64,000 bases of DNA from Methanobacteriota archaeon (GTDB taxonomy: Archaea > Thermoplasmatota > Thermoplasmata > SG8-5 > JAGLSY01). Location of the stretch: the NCBI GenBank assembly GCA_020696385.1, contig JAEHCQ010000001.1, forward strand, positions 193,003 through 257,002. Direction: 5' to 3'. This document shows positions 20,046 to 30,653 of the stretch, piece after piece. The position numbers and the translations under genes were made by a program. The notes below the pieces were generated by a model that made no database searches, was not told the origin of the DNA, and was given only the letters and a program-made list of their open reading frames with translations. The stretch's first letter is position 1, and each line of letters begins with the position of its first letter.

Positions 20046-20057
20046 GGTGGCAGTCAA

Positions 20058-20267
20058 ATGACTTTGAATGGAATTCCTGCAGAGATCGTTGAGGTTGTTG
20101 GCCGTACTGGGATGACTGGAGAGGCATCACAGGTCAAGGTCAGAGTTCTCGATGGTCGAGATAAAGGCAGGATAATAACCAGGAATGTAATGGGTCCGGT
20201 CCAGATCGGTGATATTCTCTTATTAAGAGAAACACAGAGAGAGGCCAGAAAACTCAGCATGAGGTAG
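20058..20267 (+). CDS. rps28e: Ribosomal protein S28e
   Basis: [51 protein letters not shown] is the S28e signature. Conserved L7Ae-S28e-L24e gene order. Confidence 0.9.
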   Translation: MTLNGIPAEIVEVVGRTGMTGEASQVKVRVLDGRDKGRIITRNVMGPVQIGDILLLRETQREARKLSMR

Positions 20268-20275
20268 GTGAACGA

Positions 20276-20626
20276 ATGGTTGAAAAAAGAATGTGTAACT
20301 TCTGTGGAGGCGATATCGAGCCAGGAACTGGTAAGATGTTCGTCAAGAAGGATGGAACTACCTATAATCTATGCTCGAACAAATGCAAGAAGAACCTCAT
20401 TGACCTGAAGAGGGTCCCAAGAAGGACAAAATGGACAAAGAGGTATGCTGAGCTGAAAGAGTCCACTCTCAAGCACGAGAAGGCGATGGCCGAAAAGGAA
20501 GCGGAAGACAAGAAGGCAGGAAAGGCGAAAGCCGCTCCTGCAAAGAAGAAGCCCGCAGCCAAGAAACCAGCAGTTGCCAAGCCAAAGCCTGTCAAGGAAG
20601 CCGCGCCCGAACCTGAAGGAGAATGA
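20276..20626 (+). CDS. rpl24e: Ribosomal protein L24e
   Basis: [34 protein letters not shown] zinc-ribbon L24e signature with a K/A-rich tail. Confidence 0.9.
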   Translation: MVEKRMCNFCGGDIEPGTGKMFVKKDGTTYNLCSNKCKKNLIDLKRVPRRTKWTKRYAELKESTLKHEKAMAEKEAEDKKAGKAKAAPAKKKPAAKKPAVAKPKPVKEAAPEPEGE

Positions 20627-20630
20627 TATC

Positions 20631-21080
20631 TTGGAAAGAACCTTCGTCATGATCAAGCCAGACGGCGTCCAGAGATGCCTGATAGGCCAGGTCGTTCAGA
20701 GATTCGAGCAGAAGGGATTCAAGATGGTTGGCATGAAGCTGATGACCATATCCAAGGAACTGGCTGGCGAGCATTATAAAGAGCATGTTGGCAAGGGTTT
20801 CTACAACAGCCTGATGGAATATATCACATCAGGCCCAGTCATGGCAATGGTCCTCGAGGGAAAGGATGTCGTATCCGCTGTTAGGACAGTGGTGGGCAAG
20901 ACCAATCCACTGGAAGCATCACCCGGAACAATAAGGGGTGATTTTGGTATTGAAACTGGCAGGAACATTATTCATGCCTCGGACTCGGTACCAAGCTCCG
21001 ACAGGGAAATCGGCCTCTTCTTCAAGCCAGAAGAGCTTCAGGACTACGAAAGAATAGACAATGTCTGGCTTTATGAATAA
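20631..21080 (+). CDS. ndk: Nucleoside diphosphate kinase
   Basis: [14 protein letters not shown]..., NIIHASDS and the active-site His context. The start is placed at the in-frame TTG 20631 (AAGGAG 9 nt upstream), giving the canonical [13 protein letters not shown]-terminus. The track's 20574 start would overlap L24e. Confidence 0.85.
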   Translation: MERTFVMIKPDGVQRCLIGQVVQRFEQKGFKMVGMKLMTISKELAGEHYKEHVGKGFYNSLMEYITSGPVMAMVLEGKDVVSAVRTVVGKTNPLEASPGTIRGDFGIETGRNIIHASDSVPSSDREIGLFFKPEELQDYERIDNVWLYE

Positions 21081-21105
21081 TATTCATAACCAAGACAAAC
21101 TAAAA

Positions 21106-21133
21106 AGACCGAACTGAGCAATCGGTTCGGTCT
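21106..21133. terminator. Hairpin (agaccgaac/gttcggtct) plus T-rich tract between convergent ndk and mptE
   Basis: Perfect 9-bp inverted repeat with an 8-nt loop followed by ttcatctttatatta. Confidence 0.4.
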
Positions 21134-21145
21134 TTCATCTTTATA

Positions 21146-21790
21146 TTATATATCAATTAACAAGCTTATAAGCTTTTTAGCCCACGCCAGCTTCTTCTTC
21201 TTGACCCCTGGGTCTTTTCCAGGCTTGGGTATCGGGTTATCAAAATCAAAGCCCAGAAGCCGAATATTTCTGGCATTGAAATGTGATGCCAGGAACACTC
21301 CTCTATCGCCATCCGTGAAACCACCATAATTTTGAATTACACCATGTGGACGGTTCTGGGTGGTCCCCATTATCCGGCCTGTGAATTTTGGTAGCCAGAG
21401 CCGCAGGGCATCCATATTATCGCCGTGAGCATGAATAACGGCGATAGAGCCACAGGAATTTGCATTGATCTGCTCCTCCACATCCCCGTCCAGATCGGTC
21501 ATGATTATTCCAGGAAGAATGTCATGATGCAGTAATTGGCTGACTGCGCCTTCAGCCGCGATGATGATAGCCCCGTCCTCAAGGCTGTCCATATCTTCTG
21601 GTTTCAATGCACCTCCGATGACGATAACAGGGTTGCCAGATATTATATTTTTCAAGATATCTGGATCTATGGTATCCATGCCACTGATCAGGGAAGCAAG
21701 AAGATCGGACGATGAGGCATCCGCGCCCTCATCGTATTGAAAATCATGGAGTATCTCTTTATAAAGTCCATGCCAGTCGTCGAAGTTCAA
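21146..21790 (-). CDS. mptE: 6-hydroxymethyl-7,8-dihydropterin pyrophosphokinase, archaeal MptE-like (DUF115)
   Basis: 214 aa with VIVIGGA...AVIHAHGDNMDAL and RLLGFDFD motifs reminiscent of the DUF115/MptE family. Confidence 0.6.
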   Translation of the reverse strand: MNFDDWHGLYKEILHDFQYDEGADASSSDLLASLISGMDTIDPDILKNIISGNPVIVIGGALKPEDMDSLEDGAIIIAAEGAVSQLLHHDILPGIIMTDLDGDVEEQINANSCGSIAVIHAHGDNMDALRLWLPKFTGRIMGTTQNRPHGVIQNYGGFTDGDRGVFLASHFNARNIRLLGFDFDNPIPKPGKDPGVKKKKLAWAKKLISLLIDI

Positions 21791-21805
21791 GAATTATCCC
21801 TCCAC

Positions 21806-24800
21806 TTATTTCTTTTCAACGGTTATCTCACACTCGGAAGACCCATCTGCCATGGTCTTCCTGAGCTTGATATCTATTTCAGATTTCGAACGCTGAGCGA
21901 ATTTACTGGCAATGCCCCTGCATAGAATACAAAGGATCAAATTCCTTGTTTCCTGATTGTTCCACGGACATCCAATGACCTTCGTAAGGCATGAATCTTC
22001 ACTGACACAATCCAGATATGATTCACCTCCAAGATCTTCCAGAACCCGAATATAAGCCCTTCCGATATCCTTAGCAGTATCCTCACCAATGCCATCATAA
22101 TACCTCTTATCCAGTACACCTTCCAATTTATCAGATAGATTCTCGATGAACTGAACACGGTCCGTACTGCCCATTGAATCAAGGAATATGGGGACCAGGT
22201 CCGTGAGCACGGACTTCATCTCGAACTGAGCCTCGAGAATACGTTGCTTGACATCCTCTTCCTGTCGTCGTTTTTCTTCGGTCATATCCCTGACAATTGT
22301 GACAATACTGACAACCTGGCCGCCTTCCATTAGCGGGATCTTCCGGGTTTGGGTCGTGTACACCTTTCCATCAATATCAATATCTTCTGAAGTCTCAATT
22401 ATTTGACCGTCCTCGAAGACCTTTTTATATTCAGCCATAACACTTTCCGATAGGAATGGGAATATGTCAGTGACATGTTTGCCAACGGCGTCTGTGCAAT
22501 TGAGGCTCAGCTCACTGCACCATTCTTGGAATGACTCATTGAAGATGGTTATTATCATATTCCTGTCAACGACATGGATGGAATCACTGATGGAATTAAC
22601 AGTGGATCGATATTGTGCTTCGGAGGTCCTTCTCTGATTTTCAGCCTGTTTCCTTTCAGTAATGTCCCTGACAAAGCCCACGGTGTAAAATTCATCTTTG
22701 ATCTTGTATTCGTGGATCGAGACCTCGGCATCAAAGGTCGAGCCATCATTCTTACGAACTGCCTTGAACTCGTAGTATGTTGGAGCAAATTTGCCGGCCG
22801 TCCTCTGGACATGGTACTCGCTCACCATAATGGCGGATTCGGGTGACATGAAATCACTGGGCTTCTTCCCAATAAGCTCCGACAGATCAGTACAGCCAAA
22901 GAGCTCGACCAATCTCGGATTCGCATAGATGAACCTTTCGTCCTTCTCTATACCTATGCCATCAGTGGAGGCATGGAAAAAGGCATCCAGTTGATTCTGG
23001 AAGGCAAATCGCTCTTCCTCTGCCTTTCTTTTTTCGGTTATGTCCCTCACATACTCTATGACACCAGTTAGCTCACCAGTATCTACATCGTGCATGGGGA
23101 AACTGTGCAATTCCAACCAGCCTATATGGGCATTGTCCTGGCCTATCTTTCTTATCACTCTTAATTCGGATTCATCTAAGGCCAGAACATCACGACTTGG
23201 GCATTTGCATTCCCCATCCGGGCTATCACATTGAAGGAGATCATTGCATGTTTTTCCTTCAAAGGGCATCTTGTGAGGGAACCATTTCTCGATCGTCTTA
23301 TTGGTGCTGACTATCTTCAGATCTGTATCCATGACTATGAGGCCGTCCTGTATACTTTCGAATATATTGGCCAGGAATCTCTCGCCATCTCTAAGGGCTC
23401 TTTCAGACCTCTTCCGCTGAGTTATGTCCCTGACGACCGAGATAAAACCACTGGGCTTATTGTTCAGCATGTAGGGTGACAACTTGGCCGAAAACCACAG
23501 ATCGATTTTTTCAGTCTTTAAAGGATATTCGAATTCATATATATCTCCATTCTTAGTCTTCTCAAATCCAATATCGATTTGCTCGGATATCATTGGTGGC
23601 AGAACATCAGAATATTTCCGACCTAAAAAGTCCTCTGGCTTGGCTATTAATTTAGTATTTTCTGGGGAATGGTAGAATATAAAAACGCCTTCAGAATCCA
23701 CACCGAAAACAAGGTCATCCATGGATGAGAATATCCCTCTTATCTTCTCATGTGATTCCTGAATAGCCTTCTCGGACTTCTTCCTATCTGTGATGTCTCT
23801 GGCAATGGCACAATTGTATTCTTTATCCTTATACCGAATGTAATTATTAGTGACCTCGACCGAGAACTCAGCGCCATCCTTTGTCTTGTACACAGACTCA
23901 TATAAGGATGATCGGACATTCTTCAATCCATCCCAATGGCCCTTCCAATGATCGGCCCATCTATCCTTTGGGAAGTGTAGATCTATGTCGGCCACGGACA
24001 TTCCAAGGAGCTCTGACCTAGTATAACCCAAACTCTCACAGGCTGCATTGTTCACATAGAAGAAATTGGCGTCAGAATCCATCCAGAAGGTCGCATCGGA
24101 CATACGTTCTATGGCAAATTGGGTGATGAGAGGAGCTTCTTCAGCCTTCTTCCTCTCGGTGATATCCGTGTCAAGACCTCTGTAACCCACCAGATCATTA
24201 TTCTTATCCAATATCGGAGTTCCACTTGTTTCCAGGAATACCACATGTCCTTCCTTGTGGAGGTTTGTGTTTTCGAATTTGATGATATGCTCTTTCCTTT
24301 CAAAGGCTGATATGGCAGCCTGTTTCATCTCATCTCTGGCATCCAATGTGAAAAAATCATAGAAATGTTTCTTGCCCACCACTTCTTCAGGCTTGTAACC
24401 AAGTATCCTTTCGATGGCTGGGCTAGCATAGGTGTACAGGCCATTCGCATCCACTTCCCATATCCACTCGCCTGCACTTTCAGCCACCTGCCTGAAGCGC
24501 TCCTCGCTCTCAATAAGGCTATCTTCTGCTTTTTTCTTCTCGGAAATATCCCGAACAATATGGACAAAATTGGTTGTGGGGCCTGAGTCATTAATCACCG
24601 GTTCAACTGAAACATGGAACCATCTGCCCCCTTCCTCGAATTCCATTGTCTCTCTCTTACCAGATAACTTGCTTTTCGCTAATGGACAATCATCAGGAGG
24701 TGCGCCCTTGTGAACGATCTCATTGCATACCTTTCCTATGATCTCTTCACGAGGCAGACCAAGAATGTACTCGGAAGCTTGATTAGATTGGATGATCAGG

Positions 24801-26827
24801 CTACTCTCTGAATCGATTAAAGACACCCAGTCAGACATTGAATTGAAGGTTGTCTCCCACTCCAGGGTCTTTTTCATGATCTCCTCCTCGGCCTTCTTTC
24901 GCTCACTTATATCGGTGATGACACCAAGTATTGCTGGCTGTCCCAGATAGCTAATGAGTTTTGTGGAATTTATCACATCGAATTCATTGCCTTCCTTGTC
25001 CAAAATCACACACTCATATATCTGGACCTCAACGCCCTGCATATGATTTTTTAACTTATCGCCGACTATTTCTTTATATTCTGCAGATATCAGGCCCATA
25101 AAGTCAAAGTCTGGATCGTAAAATTCATCCTTGGTGTAGCCCATGACCCTTTCACATTCTGGATTGACATATATCACCTTGCCCCCTTGATTGATGAATA
25201 TCATGTTTGGAGATTGCTCGGCCAGGTCTCTGAACTTTTCTTCACTCTCGACCAATGCTTTCTCGGTCTTCTTCCTCTGTGTAAGGTCCCTGATGAAAGC
25301 AAGATCGGCTGGCTTTCCTTCAAAATTTATGATGCCAGCATTGATCTCAACAGGCACCACATCTCCATTATTCCTCAAAAGGGTGATCTCATAGATGCTT
25401 GGGAGATCCTCTCCGGCCATCCGCCTCTTGTAAAAATCAAGTATTTGACCTCTTATTTCAGGAGGTATAAGATTGGTGAATTCATTATCAAGTATCTCAT
25501 GTTTTTCTAATCCAGTTATCTGTAATATCTTATCATTTAGATATTTGACAAGTCCATCCTGGATGATGACTATCCCATCATTAGCCCTCTCTATGAGATG
25601 TCGATATTTCTCCTCGGATTCCGTGAGGTCCTTGTAAGTTTCTTCGACCATCTCCTCGAGATGACCCCTGTGCCTTTCAAGCTCATTTTCGATCCTCTTC
25701 TTCTCTGTAAGATCCCTTACTGTCGCCTGTAATACAAGCTTACCTTTCAGCTCAAAAGCAGTCAACCACACTTCGGCTGGAAAATCTTCACCCGATTTTC
25801 TGCGGTGTACCCACTCGAACCTATTATGGCCCCATTGATAAGCCGCTGCAATTTTTTCATTAGCGGCCTTCTGTGAATCTTGATCATCAGGCTGGTAAGG
25901 TGGAGATAATTGAGATGGTCTAACACCAATGAACTCGTCCTTTTTATCAAGGCCGAACATATAAAGAGTGGCTTCATTGCAATCAATGAATCCAGTATCA
26001 TCAAGGAGCATCACGGCATCTGCTGAGGATTCGAATAGAGTTCGGTATTGTTCCTCGCTCTCACGGATCATATTGGTAGCTTCCAGTATATCTGTTATAT
26101 CATTTGAGACACCCAATACATGCTCACTGCCTCTCCAGTTCATCAAAGAATATGTGATATGGAGATGTCTGTACACTTCGTCATACCTCTTTATCCGGGC
26201 AGTGAAGTCCGCCTTACCCTTTTCATACATCACCTGTAATGCGGCCAGGCCGATACCGGCATCCTCAGGATGCACATTGGAACCAGCACGTTTACCGATC
26301 CATTCCTTGGGATCATGGCCCATCATACGACCAGATGCGGCATTTATGTAAACATATTCAAAATCATCATTCAGGACAAAGATACCCTCTTCAGTGTTTC
26401 CCAATATCATGTCCAGGAACTCGGCTGTATCCTCGAGTTCTGTTTCCATCTCGTGCTTGTAGAGAGCGATCTCGATAGATACTTGAAGCTCCCGCGGCTC
26501 GAAAGGTTTGATTATATAGGCATAAGGCTCAGTTATCATTGCCCTTTTTAGCGTGGCCTCATCACTGAAGGCTGTGAGAAATATTACAGGGATATGATAC
26601 TCGGCCTTGATCTGATTCGCGGCCTCGATGCCATCCATCTCGCCCTCAAGCTGAATATCCATGAGAACAAGATCTGGCATGTGCTCTTTCACTAGTTCGA
26701 TGGCCTTTTCTCCAGAAGCTGCAATACCTGGAACCTCGTATCCGAGAACCTCCAATCGCTTCCTCAGATCATGAGAGACAATGCTTTTGTCTTCCACGAT
26801 GATTATCCTTTTCTTGGCCTTGTCCAT
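21806..26827 (-). CDS. Response-regulator receiver domain fused to an array of about 12 PAS/PAC domains, with a Cys-rich C-terminal domain (no kinase, HTH or cyclase output)
   Basis: N-terminal REC (KRIIIVEDKS...DLVLMDIQLEGEMDG...PVIFLTAFSD) followed by repeated PAS modules each ending in ...DITERKKAEE-like linkers. The C-terminus is ...CVSEDSCLTKVIGCPWNNQETRNLILCILCRG. The start is placed at ATG 26827 (GGGGG RBS, 5 nt after the HK stop). The track start 26854 would overlap the HK by 23 nt and has no RBS. Confidence 0.85.
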   Translation of the reverse strand: MDKAKKRIIIVEDKSIVSHDLRKRLEVLGYEVPGIAASGEKAIELVKEHMPDLVLMDIQLEGEMDGIEAANQIKAEYHIPVIFLTAFSDEATLKRAMITEPYAYIIKPFEPRELQVSIEIALYKHEMETELEDTAEFLDMILGNTEEGIFVLNDDFEYVYINAASGRMMGHDPKEWIGKRAGSNVHPEDAGIGLAALQVMYEKGKADFTARIKRYDEVYRHLHITYSLMNWRGSEHVLGVSNDITDILEATNMIRESEEQYRTLFESSADAVMLLDDTGFIDCNEATLYMFGLDKKDEFIGVRPSQLSPPYQPDDQDSQKAANEKIAAAYQWGHNRFEWVHRRKSGEDFPAEVWLTAFELKGKLVLQATVRDLTEKKRIENELERHRGHLEEMVEETYKDLTESEEKYRHLIERANDGIVIIQDGLVKYLNDKILQITGLEKHEILDNEFTNLIPPEIRGQILDFYKRRMAGEDLPSIYEITLLRNNGDVVPVEINAGIINFEGKPADLAFIRDLTQRKKTEKALVESEEKFRDLAEQSPNMIFINQGGKVIYVNPECERVMGYTKDEFYDPDFDFMGLISAEYKEIVGDKLKNHMQGVEVQIYECVILDKEGNEFDVINSTKLISYLGQPAILGVITDISERKKAEEEIMKKTLEWETTFNSMSDWVSLIDSESSLIIQSNQASEYILGLPREEIIGKVCNEIVHKGAPPDDCPLAKSKLSGKRETMEFEEGGRWFHVSVEPVINDSGPTTNFVHIVRDISEKKKAEDSLIESEERFRQVAESAGEWIWEVDANGLYTYASPAIERILGYKPEEVVGKKHFYDFFTLDARDEMKQAAISAFERKEHIIKFENTNLHKEGHVVFLETSGTPILDKNNDLVGYRGLDTDITERKKAEEAPLITQFAIERMSDATFWMDSDANFFYVNNAACESLGYTRSELLGMSVADIDLHFPKDRWADHWKGHWDGLKNVRSSLYESVYKTKDGAEFSVEVTNNYIRYKDKEYNCAIARDITDRKKSEKAIQESHEKIRGIFSSMDDLVFGVDSEGVFIFYHSPENTKLIAKPEDFLGRKYSDVLPPMISEQIDIGFEKTKNGDIYEFEYPLKTEKIDLWFSAKLSPYMLNNKPSGFISVVRDITQRKRSERALRDGERFLANIFESIQDGLIVMDTDLKIVSTNKTIEKWFPHKMPFEGKTCNDLLQCDSPDGECKCPSRDVLALDESELRVIRKIGQDNAHIGWLELHSFPMHDVDTGELTGVIEYVRDITEKRKAEEERFAFQNQLDAFFHASTDGIGIEKDERFIYANPRLVELFGCTDLSELIGKKPSDFMSPESAIMVSEYHVQRTAGKFAPTYYEFKAVRKNDGSTFDAEVSIHEYKIKDEFYTVGFVRDITERKQAENQRRTSEAQYRSTVNSISDSIHVVDRNMIITIFNESFQEWCSELSLNCTDAVGKHVTDIFPFLSESVMAEYKKVFEDGQIIETSEDIDIDGKVYTTQTRKIPLMEGGQVVSIVTIVRDMTEEKRRQEEDVKQRILEAQFEMKSVLTDLVPIFLDSMGSTDRVQFIENLSDKLEGVLDKRYYDGIGEDTAKDIGRAYIRVLEDLGGESYLDCVSEDSCLTKVIGCPWNNQETRNLILCILCRGIASKFAQRSKSEIDIKLRKTMADGSSECEITVEKK

Positions 26828-26831
26828 ATGC

Positions 26832-28109
26832 CTAAAGCCCCCTATCCCGAACATATGGCAGGGTGATAATAAACTTTGTTCCTTCCTTGCTTATCAGCCT
26901 TACATGACCCTTCATCTCGCAAACCAGTGTATCCACAAGCTGAAGACCAAGAGATTCCAGATTGTGAATATCCAGAGATTTGGGAATTCCAATTCCATTA
27001 TCTGATACTATTAGGATCATAGAATTCTTTTCATCATCCACTTTCATGGATATAAGAATAATACCATTTGATCTTCCATCAAAAGCATATTTCATACTAT
27101 TGGATACAAGTTCATTGATCACAAGGCCACATGATATCGCAGTATCGACATCCAATACGATATCGTCGATATCCAATTTCAATTCGACCGAACCGGGATT
27201 GATAAGGTATGAAAGCGCCATGTGATTGACCAGAACCTTCAGATATTCGTCAAAATCAATATGGGAGATGTCAGAGGTCATGTAGAGCTTTTCATGTATC
27301 AGAGCCATGGATTTCACACGGTTCTGGGTGTCCATGAGCATTTTGTGGGTGTTTTCATCACCATGCTGAGTGGATTGTAAGCTTAAAAGACTGGAGATTA
27401 TCTGAAGATTGTTCTTCACTCTATGGTGGATCTCTCTGAGAAGTATCTCTTTCTCATTAAGTGTTTTTTTGGTCTCATTAATAGCCTTGACCCTCGCCCT
27501 GTTGCTCTTATTAAGTTCATTAACATGTTTTCTCAATCCTCTTGATATTATGGACGTAAGTATGGCTAGGATAAGCAGGGAAGCAACCAGTGCTGAAAAA
27601 TTGTAGGTGGCCATCTCTGATATATTTTGATGTTTTATCTGATTGGAGGCCATAAAGTGATTGAAGACATAGGCGTAGGAAATTATACTCAAAGATGCAA
27701 AAAATATGGAGCTCTTGGAACCCACCAATAATCCTGCTGTAACGACCACAATAGCATATATCATAATAATAGTGAATGAAAGACCTCTGTTCATCAAGCC
27801 AAATGTAGTTCCTATTATCATGACGATAAGGAAAATATAGATACCCAGGTTATAATATCCTTTCCTGACAAGCAGGTAAGATGCGAGGGTCGTAAAAAGT
27901 ACAAGGCAAGTATTTGAGCTTGAGTATCCGAACTCTGTTTCATCAGGATCATCGATCAGGCTGTGTGTCATCAAAATGATGCTCACGATAACAAGAAGGA
28001 TCATGAAAGCAATAACCATGATCATGAAGTATCTGGCCTGCTGTGCCTTGTACGGATCCTTTATAGGGGATTGTACCAATTTTTCAAAGATGGATCTCAT
28101 TGTTCTCAA
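26832..28109 (-). CDS. Membrane-bound sensor histidine kinase (multi-TM N-domain, HisKA_2-type H-box, HATPase_c)
   Basis: About 6 predicted TM helices, then the H-box [20 protein letters not shown] and ATPase motifs ([20 protein letters not shown]). An AGGGAG RBS lies upstream. It begins 15 nt after the KaiC stop. Confidence 0.85.
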   Translation of the reverse strand: MRTMRSIFEKLVQSPIKDPYKAQQARYFMIMVIAFMILLVIVSIILMTHSLIDDPDETEFGYSSSNTCLVLFTTLASYLLVRKGYYNLGIYIFLIVMIIGTTFGLMNRGLSFTIIMIYAIVVVTAGLLVGSKSSIFFASLSIISYAYVFNHFMASNQIKHQNISEMATYNFSALVASLLILAILTSIISRGLRKHVNELNKSNRARVKAINETKKTLNEKEILLREIHHRVKNNLQIISSLLSLQSTQHGDENTHKMLMDTQNRVKSMALIHEKLYMTSDISHIDFDEYLKVLVNHMALSYLINPGSVELKLDIDDIVLDVDTAISCGLVINELVSNSMKYAFDGRSNGIILISMKVDDEKNSMILIVSDNGIGIPKSLDIHNLESLGLQLVDTLVCEMKGHVRLISKEGTKFIITLPYVRDRGL

Positions 28110-28124
28110 GTGAATTGCTCCCTA

Positions 28125-29594
28125 TTAATCGAAGAACTTCTCCACCCTGTCGGTTATGGATTTTCTTGGAGAGCCAGACAGAACGCCTTCCATTCCCACG
28201 AACTTATCCTCGATAACTATTCCCTTTGAGGTGATCTCATATTCCTTGATCTCCTGCTTGTGCTTCGCACCTCTCAATTTCAGGATATTCATGGCCTTCT
28301 TCATTTCCGAGCCTATCTCCACATACCTCAGCATGATTATGCCGTCGACGATGTTCGATGCTCCCTGATTGGAGAGGGTGGTGATACCCATTAGCTCATC
28401 GGTCTCGACGGTCATCAAAGATGTGATATTATGATTTTTAAAAAGAATCACAAGATTGTTCAGGAAGTTCTTGAGACCAGATTCCTGACATACGATATCA
28501 TAATCAGATATCGTATCAATGACCACCCTTTCAACTCCCTCCAGGGATCTGGCGACCTCCTGTCCATGCTTATTCGGGTCCAGTTGGCTGGGGATATTGT
28601 ATAATATCTTAACAAGACCTTGTTTCTCATATCCTTCCAGATCGATCCCGAATCCTGCAGCATTCCGCTTCAACTCCATCGGATTCTCTTCAAATCCGAT
28701 GTATATCGACTTTTTACCATTCTTAGCGGCCTCGTCTATGAACTGAAAGGCCATGGTGGTTTTACCAGTTCCAGCACTTCCACTGACAAGGATAGCGTCC
28801 CCTTTAAAGAAGCCGCCATCGGTCATATTGTTCAAGCCCGAAATACCTGTACTTATCCTGGTATCTGTCTTGGGGATATCCATGCCTGGCTTCAGGATAG
28901 GGAATACTCTGGCCCCATCATCCGTTATCTCACAGGAATGCTTACCCGAGATGAAGTCACTGCCTCTCATCTTCAGAACTTCCACATATCGCCTTCCGCT
29001 GACATGTGTTATCCTGATTATGGCATCCGTGACGAATTCCTCAACACCCAGGCGCGATAATCTATCCTGATCATTTATCTCGGTCGTGATTATTGTCGTG
29101 ATATGCAATGCCTTGAGCTTTGCCACTATTCTGAAGAGAGCGTTTCTGAACTCCGTACTCTTCTCATACAGCAGACCGAAAGAAGCGATACCATCCAGCA
29201 CAAGTCGCTGGATGCCTTTCTCTTTCACCCAAGTCTCTATTATTTCCAAAATTATTTCAACATTCAGCACGCTGGATGCGATATCATCCTTATCCGCATC
29301 AGGGGATGATAATTGCCTTATAGTGGAAAGGTCAAGGAACCATACCTTGTCCTCGTTCTGATCAAGGGTCTTTTTCAACCCAGGTGGCAGAGAGTTGATG
29401 ATATTCGACCTACCCTCCTCCATGGTTATGAACAAACCCTTTTCTCCTGTCTCGGCCGCATTGTTCACTAAGAATTGAGAGGCTAAAATGGTCTTCCCCG
29501 CGCCTCCACATCCACTAAGCAGAACAATGGAATTTTCCACCAAACCCCCATTGGTGACCTCGTCCAATCCATCTATTCCTGTTCTTATCTTCAT
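28125..29594 (-). CDS. KaiC-like double-domain RecA-superfamily ATPase
   Basis: Two tandem KaiC modules, each with GIDGLD/GISGLN and Walker A (GCGGAGKT, GSAGTGKT). 489 aa. The start ATG overlaps the upstream RHH gene's stop (ATGA). Confidence 0.85.
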   Translation of the reverse strand: MKIRTGIDGLDEVTNGGLVENSIVLLSGCGGAGKTILASQFLVNNAAETGEKGLFITMEEGRSNIINSLPPGLKKTLDQNEDKVWFLDLSTIRQLSSPDADKDDIASSVLNVEIILEIIETWVKEKGIQRLVLDGIASFGLLYEKSTEFRNALFRIVAKLKALHITTIITTEINDQDRLSRLGVEEFVTDAIIRITHVSGRRYVEVLKMRGSDFISGKHSCEITDDGARVFPILKPGMDIPKTDTRISTGISGLNNMTDGGFFKGDAILVSGSAGTGKTTMAFQFIDEAAKNGKKSIYIGFEENPMELKRNAAGFGIDLEGYEKQGLVKILYNIPSQLDPNKHGQEVARSLEGVERVVIDTISDYDIVCQESGLKNFLNNLVILFKNHNITSLMTVETDELMGITTLSNQGASNIVDGIIMLRYVEIGSEMKKAMNILKLRGAKHKQEIKEYEITSKGIVIEDKFVGMEGVLSGSPRKSITDRVEKFFD

Positions 29595-30034
29595 ACTTCA
29601 CTACCCCCGACTGGTTCCTCATTATTCTCCTGGATTATCCTACTGGCAATACTCTCTGCCATTGTAGGTCCAAAAGTTGATGAAAGTATCTTCTTCACAC
29701 CCTTCATGAATCCATCTGGATCTGTCTTTGGATCGACCCTTTTCAAAAGAATCTCCAGCTCATGTTCCAGATCCTTTGCCAGGCCTTCTCCGACAGCATC
29801 CTCGATGATGGACTCCACCCTCTCAGGAAGTGTATTGATATTGGCCTTTGCCACCATTTCCCTCTCGAAGACAGTTTCAATTCGTCTTCGGGTGGCATCT
29901 CTTATGAAATCATTGGGTGTGCTGTAGGCAAGCTCTGGATGACGCTCAATAAGCTCTTCGACCTGATGCATCATGGCCTTTGAAATCCTCACCCCGACCC
30001 ATTTCCTTTCATCTTTTTTTTCTTCGGAAACCAT
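29591..30034 (-). CDS. Ribbon-helix-helix (CopG-like) domain protein, first gene of the KaiC/HK operon
   Basis: RHH-like N-terminus (WVGVRISKAMMHQVEELIERHPELAYSTPNDFIRDATRRRIE). 4-nt overlap with the kaiC-like start. A 250-bp AT-rich divergent promoter region lies upstream. Confidence 0.55.
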   Translation of the reverse strand: MVSEEKKDERKWVGVRISKAMMHQVEELIERHPELAYSTPNDFIRDATRRRIETVFEREMVAKANINTLPERVESIIEDAVGEGLAKDLEHELEILLKRVDPKTDPDGFMKGVKKILSSTFGPTMAESIASRIIQENNEEPVGGSEV

Positions 30035-30284
30035 TCGTTTTGATTATATGCCTTTGAATACTAATATATTTCCGTATATATGAAAAGGATGAAAAATATA
30101 ATCTATTTAGTCACATAATAAAAAATGTCAAACTAAACATTTATATAATTTTCGGTTATTATAATATTTATCTCCAATAGCCAGCTATTAGAATATAGAT
30201 CCTATAATTTATTAATAGAAATACAAATAAAGAAATAGAAACTAATATATACCTATAATTAAATATAAGCGGTGGTGTATTAAA

Positions 30285-30653
30285 TTGAGCGCCAAAACAG
30301 CTTTAACAAAAAAGGATGAAGCCATCATTAACCATCTTGTACAGACTGGCATGTCCAAAAACATGGCTAAGACCCTCGTCGTACTGTCTGAGGGCAAAGA
30401 GACCATATCGGTCGTCATAGAGGGCATCACCGCTCTCAGGCAACCAGAGGTTTCCATAGTCATGCAGGACCTGCGTGTCAAGAAGTGGGTTAAGAAGCGC
30501 GACATCAAAAAGGAAGGCAAGGGGAGGCCGGTACACGCCTATATTCTGGCGATGCCGTTCACGAAGATTATTGAGGCAATAGATAAAGAAGAAGAGAAGA
30601 AGATCAAAGATATCAAGACCAACATGGACAAACTTAAGAAGCTTGTCAAGTAG
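30285..30653 (+). CDS. Small winged-helix transcriptional regulator
   Basis: 122 aa starting at TTG per the track, or at an internal Met. wHTH-like core (MSKNMAKTLVVLSEGKETISVVIEGITALRQPEVSIVMQDLRVKKWVKKR) and a K/E-rich C-terminal helix. Confidence 0.5.
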   Translation: MSAKTALTKKDEAIINHLVQTGMSKNMAKTLVVLSEGKETISVVIEGITALRQPEVSIVMQDLRVKKWVKKRDIKKEGKGRPVHAYILAMPFTKIIEAIDKEEEKKIKDIKTNMDKLKKLVK

